A DNA stretch of 52,548 nucleotides from a virus (Duplodnaviria; Caudoviricetes), in the IMG/VR virus record IMGVR_UViG_3300025000_000022, positions 1-52,548 of that record; one strand, 5' to 3'. How positions within the stretch are numbered: the first letter of the stretch is position 1; each line of letters opens with the position of its first letter. Shown piece by piece: positions 8,401-17,234 of this stretch. Below the pieces are notes generated by a model. The model was given only the letters and a program-made list of their open reading frames with translations, ran no database searches and was not told where the DNA came from. A program made the position numbers and the translations under genes.

Positions 8401-9916
8401 TAATGGTATGATTGATAAACATCCTAGTTTATATAAACCATATGATTTTGCTAAACATAAAGAAACTCATTTTGTAACTAAGGGTAAATTAGAAAATTAC
8501 GATAAGGATATAGTAGATCAAAATGTATTAAAAATAACAAATAAATATGAAATTGTAAAAGAAAGTATTGGTAAAGATGAAAAAATAGATTTTATATTAC
8601 CAATTAAAAATCTAAAAGAAGGTGAATTATTAGTTATAAATACCCATATTACCAATATTACTTTTATTGAATCTTTAACTAATATTTTTGAATTATTAAT
8701 GTCAGCAATTCAAAAAAGCTCACCAGCACTAGCAGTTCCACTTTTTTCAATAAGAAATTTATTGACTCAAATGTTTGCTTTAGACTTTATGGGTTTTAAT
8801 ATAAAAACTAAAATGAATTATAAATCTGATAAAAATAATAATGATGATTTTTATATATTTAATGCTGAATTAGTTGCTGTTTCTGATGGAGAAATAATTG
8901 ATTGTTCCGATAAAATGGAAGATAAATTTAGTATAAAAAGATCCGCTGGTAACTATATTATCATTAAACATAATATTTTGTGTTATTCATTGTATGGTCA
9001 TATTAAAAAAGGATCAATTAAAGTTAAAAAAGGTGATAAAGTTAAACAAGGTCAAGTTATTGCTAATGTTGGAAATTCTGGTGCTGGAAGTGAACCACAT
9101 CTACATTATCAACTATGTTATTTAGATCCTAAAGTTATTGATTTGAAACTGTTTTCAATAATGCCAACTCTTAGCAGTAAACCATTAGAAAACTTTAAAA
9201 ATTTTTTACAATACCCTATTAATAAATCGCTTCTTTCAACATCAATGAATAATTTAGTATCCTTATATCAATATACTGCTAATGAATTAAATAAAATTGA
9301 TAAAATTAAATATGAATTAAATAGAGATGGGGAAATACCTCCATTTGGTTTTGTGAGAAATAAGACAATAAATGAAAATACTATTATAAAAGAAGAAAAT
9401 AATGATTATATTATTACCGAATTATATTTAACTGATTTACCTAATTTTAATAATGATGAAGATGTTTATAATTTTATGAGAAATAATATTAAGAATTCTG
9501 ATTTCAATATATTAAAAAATGATGATGAACTTATTGAATCTCAAAATGGTTCATCTCATGAACAAGCAATATTTATTCGTAATTTATTTAATAACAATAA
9601 ATTATATAAAGCTAGTTGTTTATTCTTTATTGAATATAATGAAAAAGAAAACACAGGAGGATTTAATCATACTTTATGTTATTATGTTAAAGATGAAAAG
9701 ATTTATTGGATTGAAACTTCTTGGGGTGAACAACTAGGAATTCATGGCCCTTTTAATTCTTTAATACATCTAAAACAATATATTGAGGATATTCATATTA
9801 AAATGGAATCAAATAATAAATATCCTGTATTAATATGGAATACTTTACCTAATAAAATTGAATATGGTTTAGATTTAAATTCTTATGTGTTGTTTTGTTT
9901 AAATATTAAAAAATAA
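5495..9916 (+). CDS. Large multidomain protein: Zn fingers, PD-(D/E)xK nuclease, GNAT, DUF5661-like, SET, permuted NlpC/P60, M23 peptidase, transglutaminase-like (start probably TTG at 5507)
   Basis: Motifs in order: CxxC..H..H; YIPDAF..LEIEVK; EEFRGKGIS..N..S.KL..KYGF; GIEIEQEH..IAKDHLDEIPDYY; GKGIFA..FVNHSNNPN..GEELTIDY; PYSHVSIS..YFCSQFVA; YGHI..VGNSG..PHLHY; HT.CYY..YWIETSW. Confidence 0.85.
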   Translation: MCLKLIKCIICNDKFNHIEDLYEHFEDEHNESIPKNFTPAQYIYFLKTGKDKGKCIVCKRPTKWNEVTNKYLRFCPLMQCKDKYRELFKERMIGKYGKIHLLNSPEQQKKMLANRKISGEYIWSDGTKKTYTGSYELDLLKFLDIFLRFSSEDVMTPSPHVYYYEYEGEEKFYIPDAFIPSLNLEIEVKTGKDNENNHPKIQAVDKVKERLKDKVLMSQSTFNYIKLTNKNYDALFEFLKQAKERFIESNGEDNKPIFVLMESYENIIDVDIIMEVEYHRALRILGDTKDKEKLGPREFYNKVAFRYIYKVGNKNAGFIEVKVKKGYAFFNIFIKEEFRGKGISHALMNEGLEFCHRSKRDINTMVLNIKKTNNISIKLAKKYGFKEQKSDKVNKTHIRFIKLVGEFVKESFIKENKDEKAIDLSYDIRPDSDYNSEQLKIGIEIEQEHTKNLDKARMIAKDHLDEIPDYYSRLVKMEKEAEGEKDIISKESFFNADELKNIKIKVPIITFPKKEWSSIKKRLNSGKVVYTIRVYVERHKYVENNVYQTEWGTAVQVISVNEIKSINEYEFKEYLDDEMKKDIGGARKLEVIALKKINDSYISETYYKVKDSKISGKGIFANKNVDVNTKLLAIKKVDNTGNPDKDYERTKAGQFVNHSNNPNLVLVQAIRNGKKVYFYKSKDKIKKGEELTIDYRQFDFEGKRDFVKESSFIKNIPDAINKETKIYFAITKDEIKLDKLVYTSDNKNKVINMSINNMIKSIIEQKLENLLTHYVEIPVSSTSEIKINTNIISDDKFDFTSIDTPFTIDLKKYPIREIIYDNLTESYNNNLYPVFILLTFTNTNMAKAIKFVTGEPYSHVSISFDSSMNDMYSFGRKFKDSNMTFINEDIKDGLFKDVIKDTIYSLYVIFVTKEQKELMINKLEEFKKKKDKLKFNFIGLFNISIGKETDRQNEYFCSQFVAEILKASNNGMIDKHPSLYKPYDFAKHKETHFVTKGKLENYDKDIVDQNVLKITNKYEIVKESIGKDEKIDFILPIKNLKEGELLVINTHITNITFIESLTNIFELLMSAIQKSSPALAVPLFSIRNLLTQMFALDFMGFNIKTKMNYKSDKNNNDDFYIFNAELVAVSDGEIIDCSDKMEDKFSIKRSAGNYIIIKHNILCYSLYGHIKKGSIKVKKGDKVKQGQVIANVGNSGAGSEPHLHYQLCYLDPKVIDLKLFSIMPTLSSKPLENFKNFLQYPINKSLLSTSMNNLVSLYQYTANELNKIDKIKYELNRDGEIPPFGFVRNKTINENTIIKEENNDYIITELYLTDLPNFNNDEDVYNFMRNNIKNSDFNILKNDDELIESQNGSSHEQAIFIRNLFNNNKLYKASCLFFIEYNEKENTGGFNHTLCYYVKDEKIYWIETSWGEQLGIHGPFNSLIHLKQYIEDIHIKMESNNKYPVLIWNTLPNKIEYGLDLNSYVLFCLNIKK

Positions 9917-9923
9917 ATATAAA

Positions 9924-9955
9924 TAAAGAATGGATATAATTTATATCCATTCTTT
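9924..9955 (+). terminator. Intrinsic terminator-like hairpin
   Basis: AAAGAATGGATATAA-T-TTATATCCATTCTTT palindrome just after the stop. Confidence 0.65.
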
Positions 9956-9969
9956 AATATTATTATAAA

Positions 9970-9979
9970 TATATATTAT
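9970..9979 (+). promoter_or_regulatory. Putative early promoter motif TATATATTAT (representative copy)
   Basis: The same 10-mer lies upstream of non-virion genes at 11928(+), 13101(-), 13521(-), 16497(+), 18685(+), 29738(-), 48147(+), 49557(+) and 51522(+). It resembles the phiKZ early consensus TATATTAC. Confidence 0.75.
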
Positions 9980-10035
9980 TAACAAATAAATATAAAAATA
10001 GTGTTTTATTATTATTATTAATAGGAGATGTTTTT

Positions 10036-10254
10036 ATGAAATTATTTAAAGCTGAGGTAATGAGTCTTGGTGATTCTTATTTTTATTTAATAGTATCTGA
10101 AAATAAGGAAAATGCTGGAATGAAAGCATTAAATGACCGCCTTATTTACACATCATGTTCAGATATACATTCTAACGAAGAAGTTAATGAGATTGATGGA
10201 TATGCTGTTATAATTGAAAATAAAAAAATAATTTTAAAAGAAAAGGATAGGTGA
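10036..10254 (+). CDS. Hypothetical early protein
   Basis: AGGAG RBS; first ORF after the early motif. Confidence 0.75.
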   Translation: MKLFKAEVMSLGDSYFYLIVSENKENAGMKALNDRLIYTSCSDIHSNEEVNEIDGYAVIIENKKIILKEKDR

Positions 10255-10736
10255 TAGATATGAGTAAAAGATTTGGTAAGTTATTAGATTTAAATGATAA
10301 GTTAAGAAATAAAGAATTAGAAGCTAAGGGTGAAAAAGTAGCAGAATTTTTTACTAATAATGAATTTCTTTTAACAGGGTTTAATATGGTTAATGATATA
10401 AGAGATTTTTCTTTTTATGGATTTCTTCCTGATATTATAGACGAGTGTGAAAAATTTTCAGATAAAGAAAATAAATCTTTATTAGCAGACTCTTTTATTT
10501 ATGCATTAATATATAGGAATCTACTAAGCTCTTTAAAGGTTTTTATTGATATTAATGTTGAGGCTGTTTTAAGAAACTGTGATTTAAATAAAGATAGTAT
10601 AGATGAGTATATAAAAATATTGGAAAGAAATATTAATAAGGAAAAAATTGAAGAAAATAAAATTTTATTAGAACAAGTAAGAAACTTAAAGAATGTTATG
10701 AATATTTATGATACTATGTTAAATAGTATTAGTTAA
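10251..10736 (+). CDS. Hypothetical protein, paralogue of 11111-11551
   Basis: LDLNDKL..IIDECEKF..LIYRNLL aligns with IDLNKKL..IIDEVENF..LIYHNLL. Confidence 0.8.
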   Translation: MIDMSKRFGKLLDLNDKLRNKELEAKGEKVAEFFTNNEFLLTGFNMVNDIRDFSFYGFLPDIIDECEKFSDKENKSLLADSFIYALIYRNLLSSLKVFIDINVEAVLRNCDLNKDSIDEYIKILERNINKEKIEENKILLEQVRNLKNVMNIYDTMLNSIS

Positions 10737-10749
10737 GGAGGTTGAATAA

Positions 10750-10983
10750 ATGTTCGTTGAAACAATATATGCAACAATAAGAAATATAACAAAAAGTATA
10801 AATCCAGGAGAGGGTTATGCTATTGATTTAAACAATGCCCAGGGTGCTTCTTTTGTTGCTTATATTTCAAAAAAAGAAAGATGTAAATATAGTATTGGAG
10901 ATATAGTTGAACTTCATATTCATGAAGAATTGATTGAAGATGATGCCATGTTTTATGAAAAAATAGGTAAAAAGGTTGGATAA
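10750..10983 (+). CDS. Hypothetical small beta-rich protein
   Basis: AAGGAGG RBS; 77 aa. Confidence 0.75.
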   Translation: MFVETIYATIRNITKSINPGEGYAIDLNNAQGASFVAYISKKERCKYSIGDIVELHIHEELIEDDAMFYEKIGKKVG

Positions 10984-11007
10984 ATATTTTACGAAAGGTG
11001 AAAAAAA

Positions 11008-11070
11008 ATGTTAGATACTTCGTTATGGATTTTCTTAATAATTATAATACTTAGTTTATCTATTAACTAA
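11008..11070 (+). CDS. 20-aa hydrophobic peptide
   Basis: GAAAGGTG RBS, then MLDTSLWIFLIIIILSLSIN*. Confidence 0.5.
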   Translation: MLDTSLWIFLIIIILSLSIN

Positions 11071-11110
11071 ATTTATAAAAAACATATTTTTAGAAAGAAG
11101 GTTAATTATT

Positions 11111-11551
11111 ATGAACATTATTGATTTGAATAAGAAACTAAAAGAAAGAAGACTAAAAAGTGAATTTAATAAAGTAAAAACATTTAGTGAGAAACATGGT
11201 GAATTATGTGAAGTTTATACTGATTTTGCAGGTGCAAGAGATAATATATTTTTCTCAATGTTTCATAGTATTATTGATGAGGTTGAAAATTTTAATGAAA
11301 AGGATGAAGAAATTAAAGATGAATTTGCATATAGTTTAATTTATCACAACTTATTAACCGCATTAGATTTATTTATTACAGTTAATACAAACAACTTATT
11401 TTTATTAGAGAATGATTTAAAAATAACTAAAGAAAATATAGACGAATTTATTGATAAGTTCGATAAAGAAAATGTTGGTGAGTTTGTTAATAAGCAACTT
11501 ATGTTATTAAAAGTTGCTTATAACTTATTTGATAAAATGAAACCAGAATAA
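11111..11551 (+). CDS. Hypothetical protein, paralogue of 10251-10736
   Basis: Similarity seen by eye; AGAAGG RBS. Confidence 0.8.
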   Translation: MNIIDLNKKLKERRLKSEFNKVKTFSEKHGELCEVYTDFAGARDNIFFSMFHSIIDEVENFNEKDEEIKDEFAYSLIYHNLLTALDLFITVNTNNLFLLENDLKITKENIDEFIDKFDKENVGEFVNKQLMLLKVAYNLFDKMKPE

Positions 11552-11566
11552 AGGATGATAAAATAA

Positions 11567-11746
11567 ATGAGTATTATAACTAAAGTAACTGTTCTTCTTG
11601 GATTTTTATTACAATTATTTATTTTTATGGGTTTTATAATATATAGTGTTCAAAAAAAAATTAAGAAAGTAAATTTATTAGCTTTGCTTACAATTAGTTT
11701 ATTTATATTATCAGTATATACATTTATTGTATATTTATTTTTATAA
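11567..11746 (+). CDS. 59-aa two-TM membrane protein
   Basis: AAGGA RBS; two hydrophobic stretches separated by QKKIKK. Confidence 0.6.
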   Translation: MSIITKVTVLLGFLLQLFIFMGFIIYSVQKKIKKVNLLALLTISLFILSVYTFIVYLFL

Positions 11747-11764
11747 TTAAAAGGTGGTGAGAAA

Positions 11765-11884
11765 ATGGAAAATAACATATTTTTATTCATAGGGTCATCA
11801 TTAATAATTAGTTTTATTACTTTTTGTATTGGTTATAAATTAGGTATAGATGATAAAAATCGTGCTTGTAAAGAAATAAGATAG
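11765..11884 (+). CDS. 39-aa single-TM peptide
   Basis: AAGGTGG RBS; MENNIFLFIGSSLIISFITFCIGYKLG... Confidence 0.55.
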   Translation: MENNIFLFIGSSLIISFITFCIGYKLGIDDKNRACKEIR

Positions 11885-12008
11885 TATTTTATTATAGATT
11901 AAACATTTCTTTGAAATACATTTTAAGTATATATTATTTAAGTGTATTAAAAATTAATACAGAGAACTAATTAAGTAAATAAAAACTATTAACTGGAGGT
12001 ATAATTAA

Positions 12009-12557
12009 ATGGGAAAACCAACTAAAAGTTTTACAGAGGTATTTGATGAAATTAAAAATGCAAATAAGGTATCTAAAAAAGGAAAACCCATTGTTTCATT
12101 CAGTCGTGGTGACTTTGATAGGCTAACCAAAGCTTTTTTGAATGAAATCAACTATAAAGTGGAAAGTGTTTCAATTAAAGCAAATGAACCTGTAACCAAA
12201 GAGGTATTTCCGGTTCAATTGTTCCGTAATATGATTAAAACAGTTCTGATTGATTTTGGTGTTGATAAACAGGAAGCTCAGCGAGTTGTTGAGTCTTATG
12301 AGTTTAGAAACACTGAAGGTGTGTATGAAGTGTGTTCCGAACTCATCTATAAATACGTTGATGCCGGTAGGAAATTTGATTTTATCCCCAAAGAAGATTT
12401 CAACGGTTCAATTATTTTGAAAGATGTTGCAGAATTTGTTGGTGAATATACCAATATTCAAGATGGTAAAAAAATAAGTATTCGAAAAGAAGCTCATAAG
12501 CTTCTAAAGACAAAAAGTAGATGCCCAAAAGGAAAAAAACATAAAGTTGATGAATAA
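12009..12557 (+). CDS. Phage protein, possibly DNA-binding (HU-like beta-arm at C-terminus)
   Basis: GGAGGT RBS, early motif upstream; YTNIQDGKKISIRKEAHKLLKTK loosely resembles the HU arm RNPQTGxxIxIPAxKxxKFK. Confidence 0.55.
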   Translation: MGKPTKSFTEVFDEIKNANKVSKKGKPIVSFSRGDFDRLTKAFLNEINYKVESVSIKANEPVTKEVFPVQLFRNMIKTVLIDFGVDKQEAQRVVESYEFRNTEGVYEVCSELIYKYVDAGRKFDFIPKEDFNGSIILKDVAEFVGEYTNIQDGKKISIRKEAHKLLKTKSRCPKGKKHKVDE

Positions 12558-12663
12558 AACATGTAAATATAATATAATGATATTAAATATCATTATATTA
12601 TATTTTTTATATTAATATAAAAAAATAGAAATGGGGGTTAACCCCATCCCTACTTTTTATAAG

Positions 12664-13008
12664 TCAATTTATTTTTTTTATTCTTACAAATGAAACCACT
12701 TGAGGTTTCATTAAAGTCTTTAAGAATGTTATGAAAAACAGACCTAGAAAGCCTCCTTTCTTTTTATTGAGACTTTTTTCAATAGCTGGTTCGAGTAACT
12801 GGTTCAAAAAATGTTCACCGCCCTGTTGAATTTGATATGGTCGAAACCGACTTATTAAGAAAGTCAATTCGCTATGACCAATAATAAATATATAGTTGGT
12901 AACGGTTTCTACAATCAAGGGTCGGTATCCTATTCGGTATCTACATCCCAAAGTCCCATCATAACAATTCTCTTTAACTAATTCTGTAAATCCTCGCTGT
13001 GGTTTCAT
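12664..13008 (-). CDS. Hypothetical protein, stand-alone early unit
   Basis: AAGGAGGTGG RBS, own TATATATTAT motif (13101-13110), hairpin terminator near 12625-12657. Confidence 0.7.
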   Translation of the reverse strand: MKPQRGFTELVKENCYDGTLGCRYRIGYRPLIVETVTNYIFIIGHSELTFLISRFRPYQIQQGGEHFLNQLLEPAIEKSLNKKKGGFLGLFFITFLKTLMKPQVVSFVRIKKIN

Positions 13009-13198
13009 TATTTACCACCTCCTTATATACATAATTTTATATGTATCCCGATTATATTATAACCCTGAATCGGTGGGTGTAATTGTTAGATATCTAGATT
13101 ATAATATATACTTAGTAATATTGAATATACTAAAAAAATAAAAGGAACATAAAAAAATAATGAGTTGACAATATTTCACCAACTCATTAATTATTCAT

Positions 13199-13474
13199 CT
13201 ATATATCAAAACATGCTATAATATTACAAGGATTTTTATCAGCAACTTCTGATATATGTACAGTTTTATTTCTACGAAAAAGTTTATTAAAAGAAACAAC
13301 ACCATTATTAAACATAGGATACATATTCCCATTGGAACATAGGATTATAGCAATTATCTTCTTAATACAGGATGCAGAGGAATGATCTAAAACATAGCCA
13401 GCATCCCCTTTAACAGTGTCAGTATATCTTTTAACCTTAGTTGACAACACATTGCTAATTTTAGCATTTTTCAT
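13199..13474 (-). CDS. Hypothetical protein, stand-alone early unit
   Basis: GGGGG RBS before ATG at 13474; early motif at 13521-13530; hairpin AATGAGTTG/CAACTCATT downstream. Confidence 0.7.
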   Translation of the reverse strand: MKNAKISNVLSTKVKRYTDTVKGDAGYVLDHSSASCIKKIIAIILCSNGNMYPMFNNGVVSFNKLFRRNKTVHISEVADKNPCNIIACFDI

Positions 13475-13552
13475 TTTTAAATTACCCCCATTTATTTTAT
13501 TAATATTTATTTTCACTCTAATAATATATATTTGAAATTTTAATTAAATAAA

Positions 13553-13564
13553 AACAATTACTTA
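13553..13564 (+). promoter_or_regulatory. Putative late promoter AACA-N6-TA (representative copy)
   Basis: Perfect copies also at 4983, 5466, 15589, 29778 and 33879 (+) and 24677, 26986, 29375, 35542, 38065 and 48094 (-), each just upstream of a gene start. Matches the phage AR9 non-virion RNAP promoter consensus. Confidence 0.82.
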
Positions 13565-13593
13565 AAGTAACAAATATAAAGGAGTGAAATATA

Positions 13594-15525
13594 ATGGATT
13601 TTAATATATTGTTAGAAACTAAATTAAAAGCTAAGGACCGGAAAAACCTAGATTCGGAAGATTTTGGAATACCTGAAGACAGAAAATTTCCATTAATTGA
13701 TGAGGAACATACACTTCAAGCTATTAGATTTTTTAGATATTGCCCCGCATCTAAAAAATTAATATTAGCTAAAAATATAAATAAGAAAGCTAAAGAATAT
13801 GGTTTAAGAATAAATATTAGTGAGAAAAACCCTTTTTATAAATTAGCCGATAGAAGTATAATAAAAGAATGTGTTAACTGTTCGGTAGATGAATATCAAA
13901 TATATGATATGGATTTATCCAAAGAATTTTTAGATTTTATACCTAAAAATGATTATTTAAAACAAATAATCAAAGAGTTAAATACATTTATACCATCATC
14001 ATTAAGGGATGTTTTCGATTTTGAAAAAAAACTGTATGAAAATTTTTATATCTTATTTATAAATGACATTATAATTAATTCAATAAATAATAATAGATTA
14101 ATTATTATACCAATAGCAGTAATACAAACTTTAAATTCATATATTGAAAAGGTACTATATGAAAGAGGTTTTGAATATATATTATTTATACAGGGAAATG
14201 GTTATAGTCATATTGAATCAATTAAATTACAAAAAAATATGATTGATGACTTTTGTTATATGATTGATGGGGAAAATAGTATTGATGAAAATAAAAAATA
14301 TCTATCATCTTTAAAAGATATGATGAAACAAAATCCAAATAATTTCTTTTTAATCGTAAGACGTATTTATTTTTCATATATTCAAGGATTAAAAATAATA
14401 TGTGAGAGTGATATATATAATGTAAAAAATTCGAATAATAAAATTGAAATTTTAAATACTTTATTTAAGGAGTTTCTTGAAGATAAGGGAATAAAATATT
14501 TATATAGTCCTTTAGTTCATGGTTCTAATAGAGACCAAGAAGATTATGAATATTTTTTAAATTTAAATATGAAAAATACTGAGGAATTTCTAAGAAAAAA
14601 ATCTGTTGAATTAAAAGATTCAATTCGTTATATTACAACTAAATTTAATCTTTCATTAGGAATTAACTTTTTTAGTAATATGAATGAATTTTTTATGCAA
14701 GATATACCGAGAAATGATATTGAAATTCTATCCATAATAGAATTTTTAAAAGGTTCTTTAAATCCAAAATTTATTGAATATTACAATAAAAATTATACAT
14801 TAAAATTAGATAATAAAGATTTATTATTTTTCAATGAGTTAAAAAGTATTTTCTCAGGGGTTTACAATTCAACTGATAGAAACTGTGAATTAATATATTA
14901 TGGTGTAGGAGAAAGACGTTTATATTTATTAGCTAAACATAAGATTGATAGTAATGAACTTATTTTAATAAAACTATATGATGATTCATTAGAAACGAAT
15001 TTAATTCCATTAATATCTGATGATAGTAAAGATTTAGAAACTTTAGATATGAAGATTATTTATCTGAATAAAAAAGGGGGTGAAGAAACATACAATAGTA
15101 AAGTATTAACAGAAGGTATTTCAGTAGATGAAGATGGTATTAAATTCTATTTTAAACCTAGAAAATCGTATATGGATGATTATTCAGAAAATCACAAATT
15201 ATTAGTTGAAAATTTTAAATCTAAAAATTATGAAGCAATGAAACATAATTTAGCTTATTTATTTGCTTTAATAAATTCCATAGAACGGGATGTGATATAT
15301 AAGAAAAAAAATATTGATACTGATAAGTTAAAAGATGCTCAAAAAGCTAGAGCATTTGCAATTAATGATTTTAAGACTTATTTAAAAGAAGTGCAAAAGA
15401 ATGAAAAAGATTTTGATTTTACTAAATATTTTGAAAATGGTGGATATGATACATTTGTATATAATATAGATACAAAGTCTATATTAGGTGTAAAGAAATT
15501 ATTTAAAATAATTATGCTTGGATAG
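13594..15525 (+). CDS. Probable virion (head-associated) protein
   Basis: Late promoter; N-terminal RKNLDSEDFGIPEDRKFPL..EH...AIRFF (DUF6582-like); LLET, IKEC and LTEG putative processing sites. Confidence 0.65.
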   Translation: MDFNILLETKLKAKDRKNLDSEDFGIPEDRKFPLIDEEHTLQAIRFFRYCPASKKLILAKNINKKAKEYGLRINISEKNPFYKLADRSIIKECVNCSVDEYQIYDMDLSKEFLDFIPKNDYLKQIIKELNTFIPSSLRDVFDFEKKLYENFYILFINDIIINSINNNRLIIIPIAVIQTLNSYIEKVLYERGFEYILFIQGNGYSHIESIKLQKNMIDDFCYMIDGENSIDENKKYLSSLKDMMKQNPNNFFLIVRRIYFSYIQGLKIICESDIYNVKNSNNKIEILNTLFKEFLEDKGIKYLYSPLVHGSNRDQEDYEYFLNLNMKNTEEFLRKKSVELKDSIRYITTKFNLSLGINFFSNMNEFFMQDIPRNDIEILSIIEFLKGSLNPKFIEYYNKNYTLKLDNKDLLFFNELKSIFSGVYNSTDRNCELIYYGVGERRLYLLAKHKIDSNELILIKLYDDSLETNLIPLISDDSKDLETLDMKIIYLNKKGGEETYNSKVLTEGISVDEDGIKFYFKPRKSYMDDYSENHKLLVENFKSKNYEAMKHNLAYLFALINSIERDVIYKKKNIDTDKLKDAQKARAFAINDFKTYLKEVQKNEKDFDFTKYFENGGYDTFVYNIDTKSILGVKKLFKIIMLG

Positions 15526-15627
15526 TAAAATATGAGATAACCTTTTAATAAGGTTATCTCAATCTTAATACTTTTTTACCATTCATAAAACATTATTATA
15601 ATCAAATCAAAAGGGAGGTTTATCTAT

Positions 15628-16482
15628 ATGAAATTTTTATTAAAAAATAAAGTATATCTATTAATATTCATTATTTCATTACTAACTTTTTCATTTATCT
15701 TTAATCAACTTATGAATCAAACAATAAAAGAAGTAGATGAAAAAAATAAAAAATTAAATATTAAGGAAATAAAAGAATCTAATAATGTTATTAACGAAAT
15801 CAAGAAACCTATTCAAACAGAATCTAACTATTATATTATTACAAGTAATACATTAAATATAAGGAAATTAAATAATATTAATTCGGAATGTATTGGCTTA
15901 TTATATAAAGATGATATTATTGAAGTAGTTGATAAAAATAATGAATGGTATAAAATTAAAGACAAAGGATTTGTTAATAAGAATTTTATTCGTGTTATTG
16001 ACATAGAAACTGTCAAAAGACAAAAAAATAGTTCTCGTAGTTTATTTATAAGAAGACCTATTAATATAGTTAATTCTGTATCTAATTTACATATAGATGA
16101 TTTAAAAAATCTCTTATCTGAAACAAAATTAGAAGGAATAGAAGATGCTATTATACAAGTTGAAAAACAATATGGAATAAATGCTTTCTTTGTTTTAGCT
16201 GTGGCCAGATTGGAAAGTGGAAATGGTACATCAAAAATTGCAATAAATAAAAATAATTTATTTGGTTTAAATGCTATAGATAGAGATCCCTATAATAAAG
16301 CATTTACTTTTAAAAATAAGTCTGAAAGTGTATATTGTTTTGCTAATACAATTAAACACTACTATATAGATAAAGGTTTAAAAGATATTACTCAAATTAA
16401 TAAAAAATATTCATCTAGTAATAACTGGTCTGTTAATGTAAATAGAATTATGTTACATGATTATCAAAAGATAATAAATTAA
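15628..16482 (+). CDS. Membrane-anchored SH3b plus GH73 glucosaminidase/muramidase
   Basis: N-terminal TM; LNIR..IG.L..D.IEV...WYKI..GFV (SH3b); YGINAFFVLAVARLESGNG..KNNLFGL (GH73). Confidence 0.88.
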   Translation: MKFLLKNKVYLLIFIISLLTFSFIFNQLMNQTIKEVDEKNKKLNIKEIKESNNVINEIKKPIQTESNYYIITSNTLNIRKLNNINSECIGLLYKDDIIEVVDKNNEWYKIKDKGFVNKNFIRVIDIETVKRQKNSSRSLFIRRPINIVNSVSNLHIDDLKNLLSETKLEGIEDAIIQVEKQYGINAFFVLAVARLESGNGTSKIAINKNNLFGLNAIDRDPYNKAFTFKNKSESVYCFANTIKHYYIDKGLKDITQINKKYSSSNNWSVNVNRIMLHDYQKIIN

Positions 16483-16576
16483 GTTAATATTTTAATTATA
16501 TATTATTAAAGTATCTAAATAGATTTTTATATCTAATTAAACAAAAAAATAAATAAATTTAGGAGGTAGAGATTAC

Positions 16577-17158
16577 ATGAGTAATGAAAATCAAAAAAGG
16601 TTTGGATTGTTGGATAGGTCAGTAGAAGTTGAGCCAATTGGAGTAATTTATAATGTCATGTCAGAGGATATTGAAACATTTTTATTTAACTATTTTAAGG
16701 ATGTAAGAAAAATTGATGGTGTTGCAGCAATAAGAATTTCTGTAGTTCGTGATGGTACATCTAGACCTGAGGTAAAGGTTTATGCTATGTTCCATATGAA
16801 TTCAGTTGATGTTGTGTCTAATTTACAAAATGTACCTGAACCTTTAAGAAGAAAAATGGATTCAGGTAATTATCGGGTAAGTGATAAATTAAAAAATGCC
16901 TTGTATGCTGTTGCTAAAGAGTTTAAAATTGGTACACATACAGGAGAAAGAATTGTTTATTCTGAATGTAATATTTTCAAAATATTAGGTTTAATGTTTG
17001 CAGTAGATAATAGAGCACATTCAATTAGTATTCCTGAAGTGGTAAAATTAAAGAAAAATAAATCCATCCTTACCGTTATTAAAACCAATAAGTTTTTCAG
17101 TAAGGATGACGATGGTACTGACAAATATTCCAGTATCGTTAATAACCTTGACAATTAA
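16577..17158 (+). CDS. Hypothetical early protein
   Basis: AGGAGGT RBS; early motif at 16497; terminator hairpin 17163-17200. Confidence 0.8.
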   Translation: MSNENQKRFGLLDRSVEVEPIGVIYNVMSEDIETFLFNYFKDVRKIDGVAAIRISVVRDGTSRPEVKVYAMFHMNSVDVVSNLQNVPEPLRRKMDSGNYRVSDKLKNALYAVAKEFKIGTHTGERIVYSECNIFKILGLMFAVDNRAHSISIPEVVKLKKNKSILTVIKTNKFFSKDDDGTDKYSSIVNNLDN

Positions 17159-17234
17159 TCATATTGGAATACACTTTTAGGTGTATTCCAATATTTTATT
17201 TTTTTATAAATAATAAAAAGGTGGTATAAATAAA

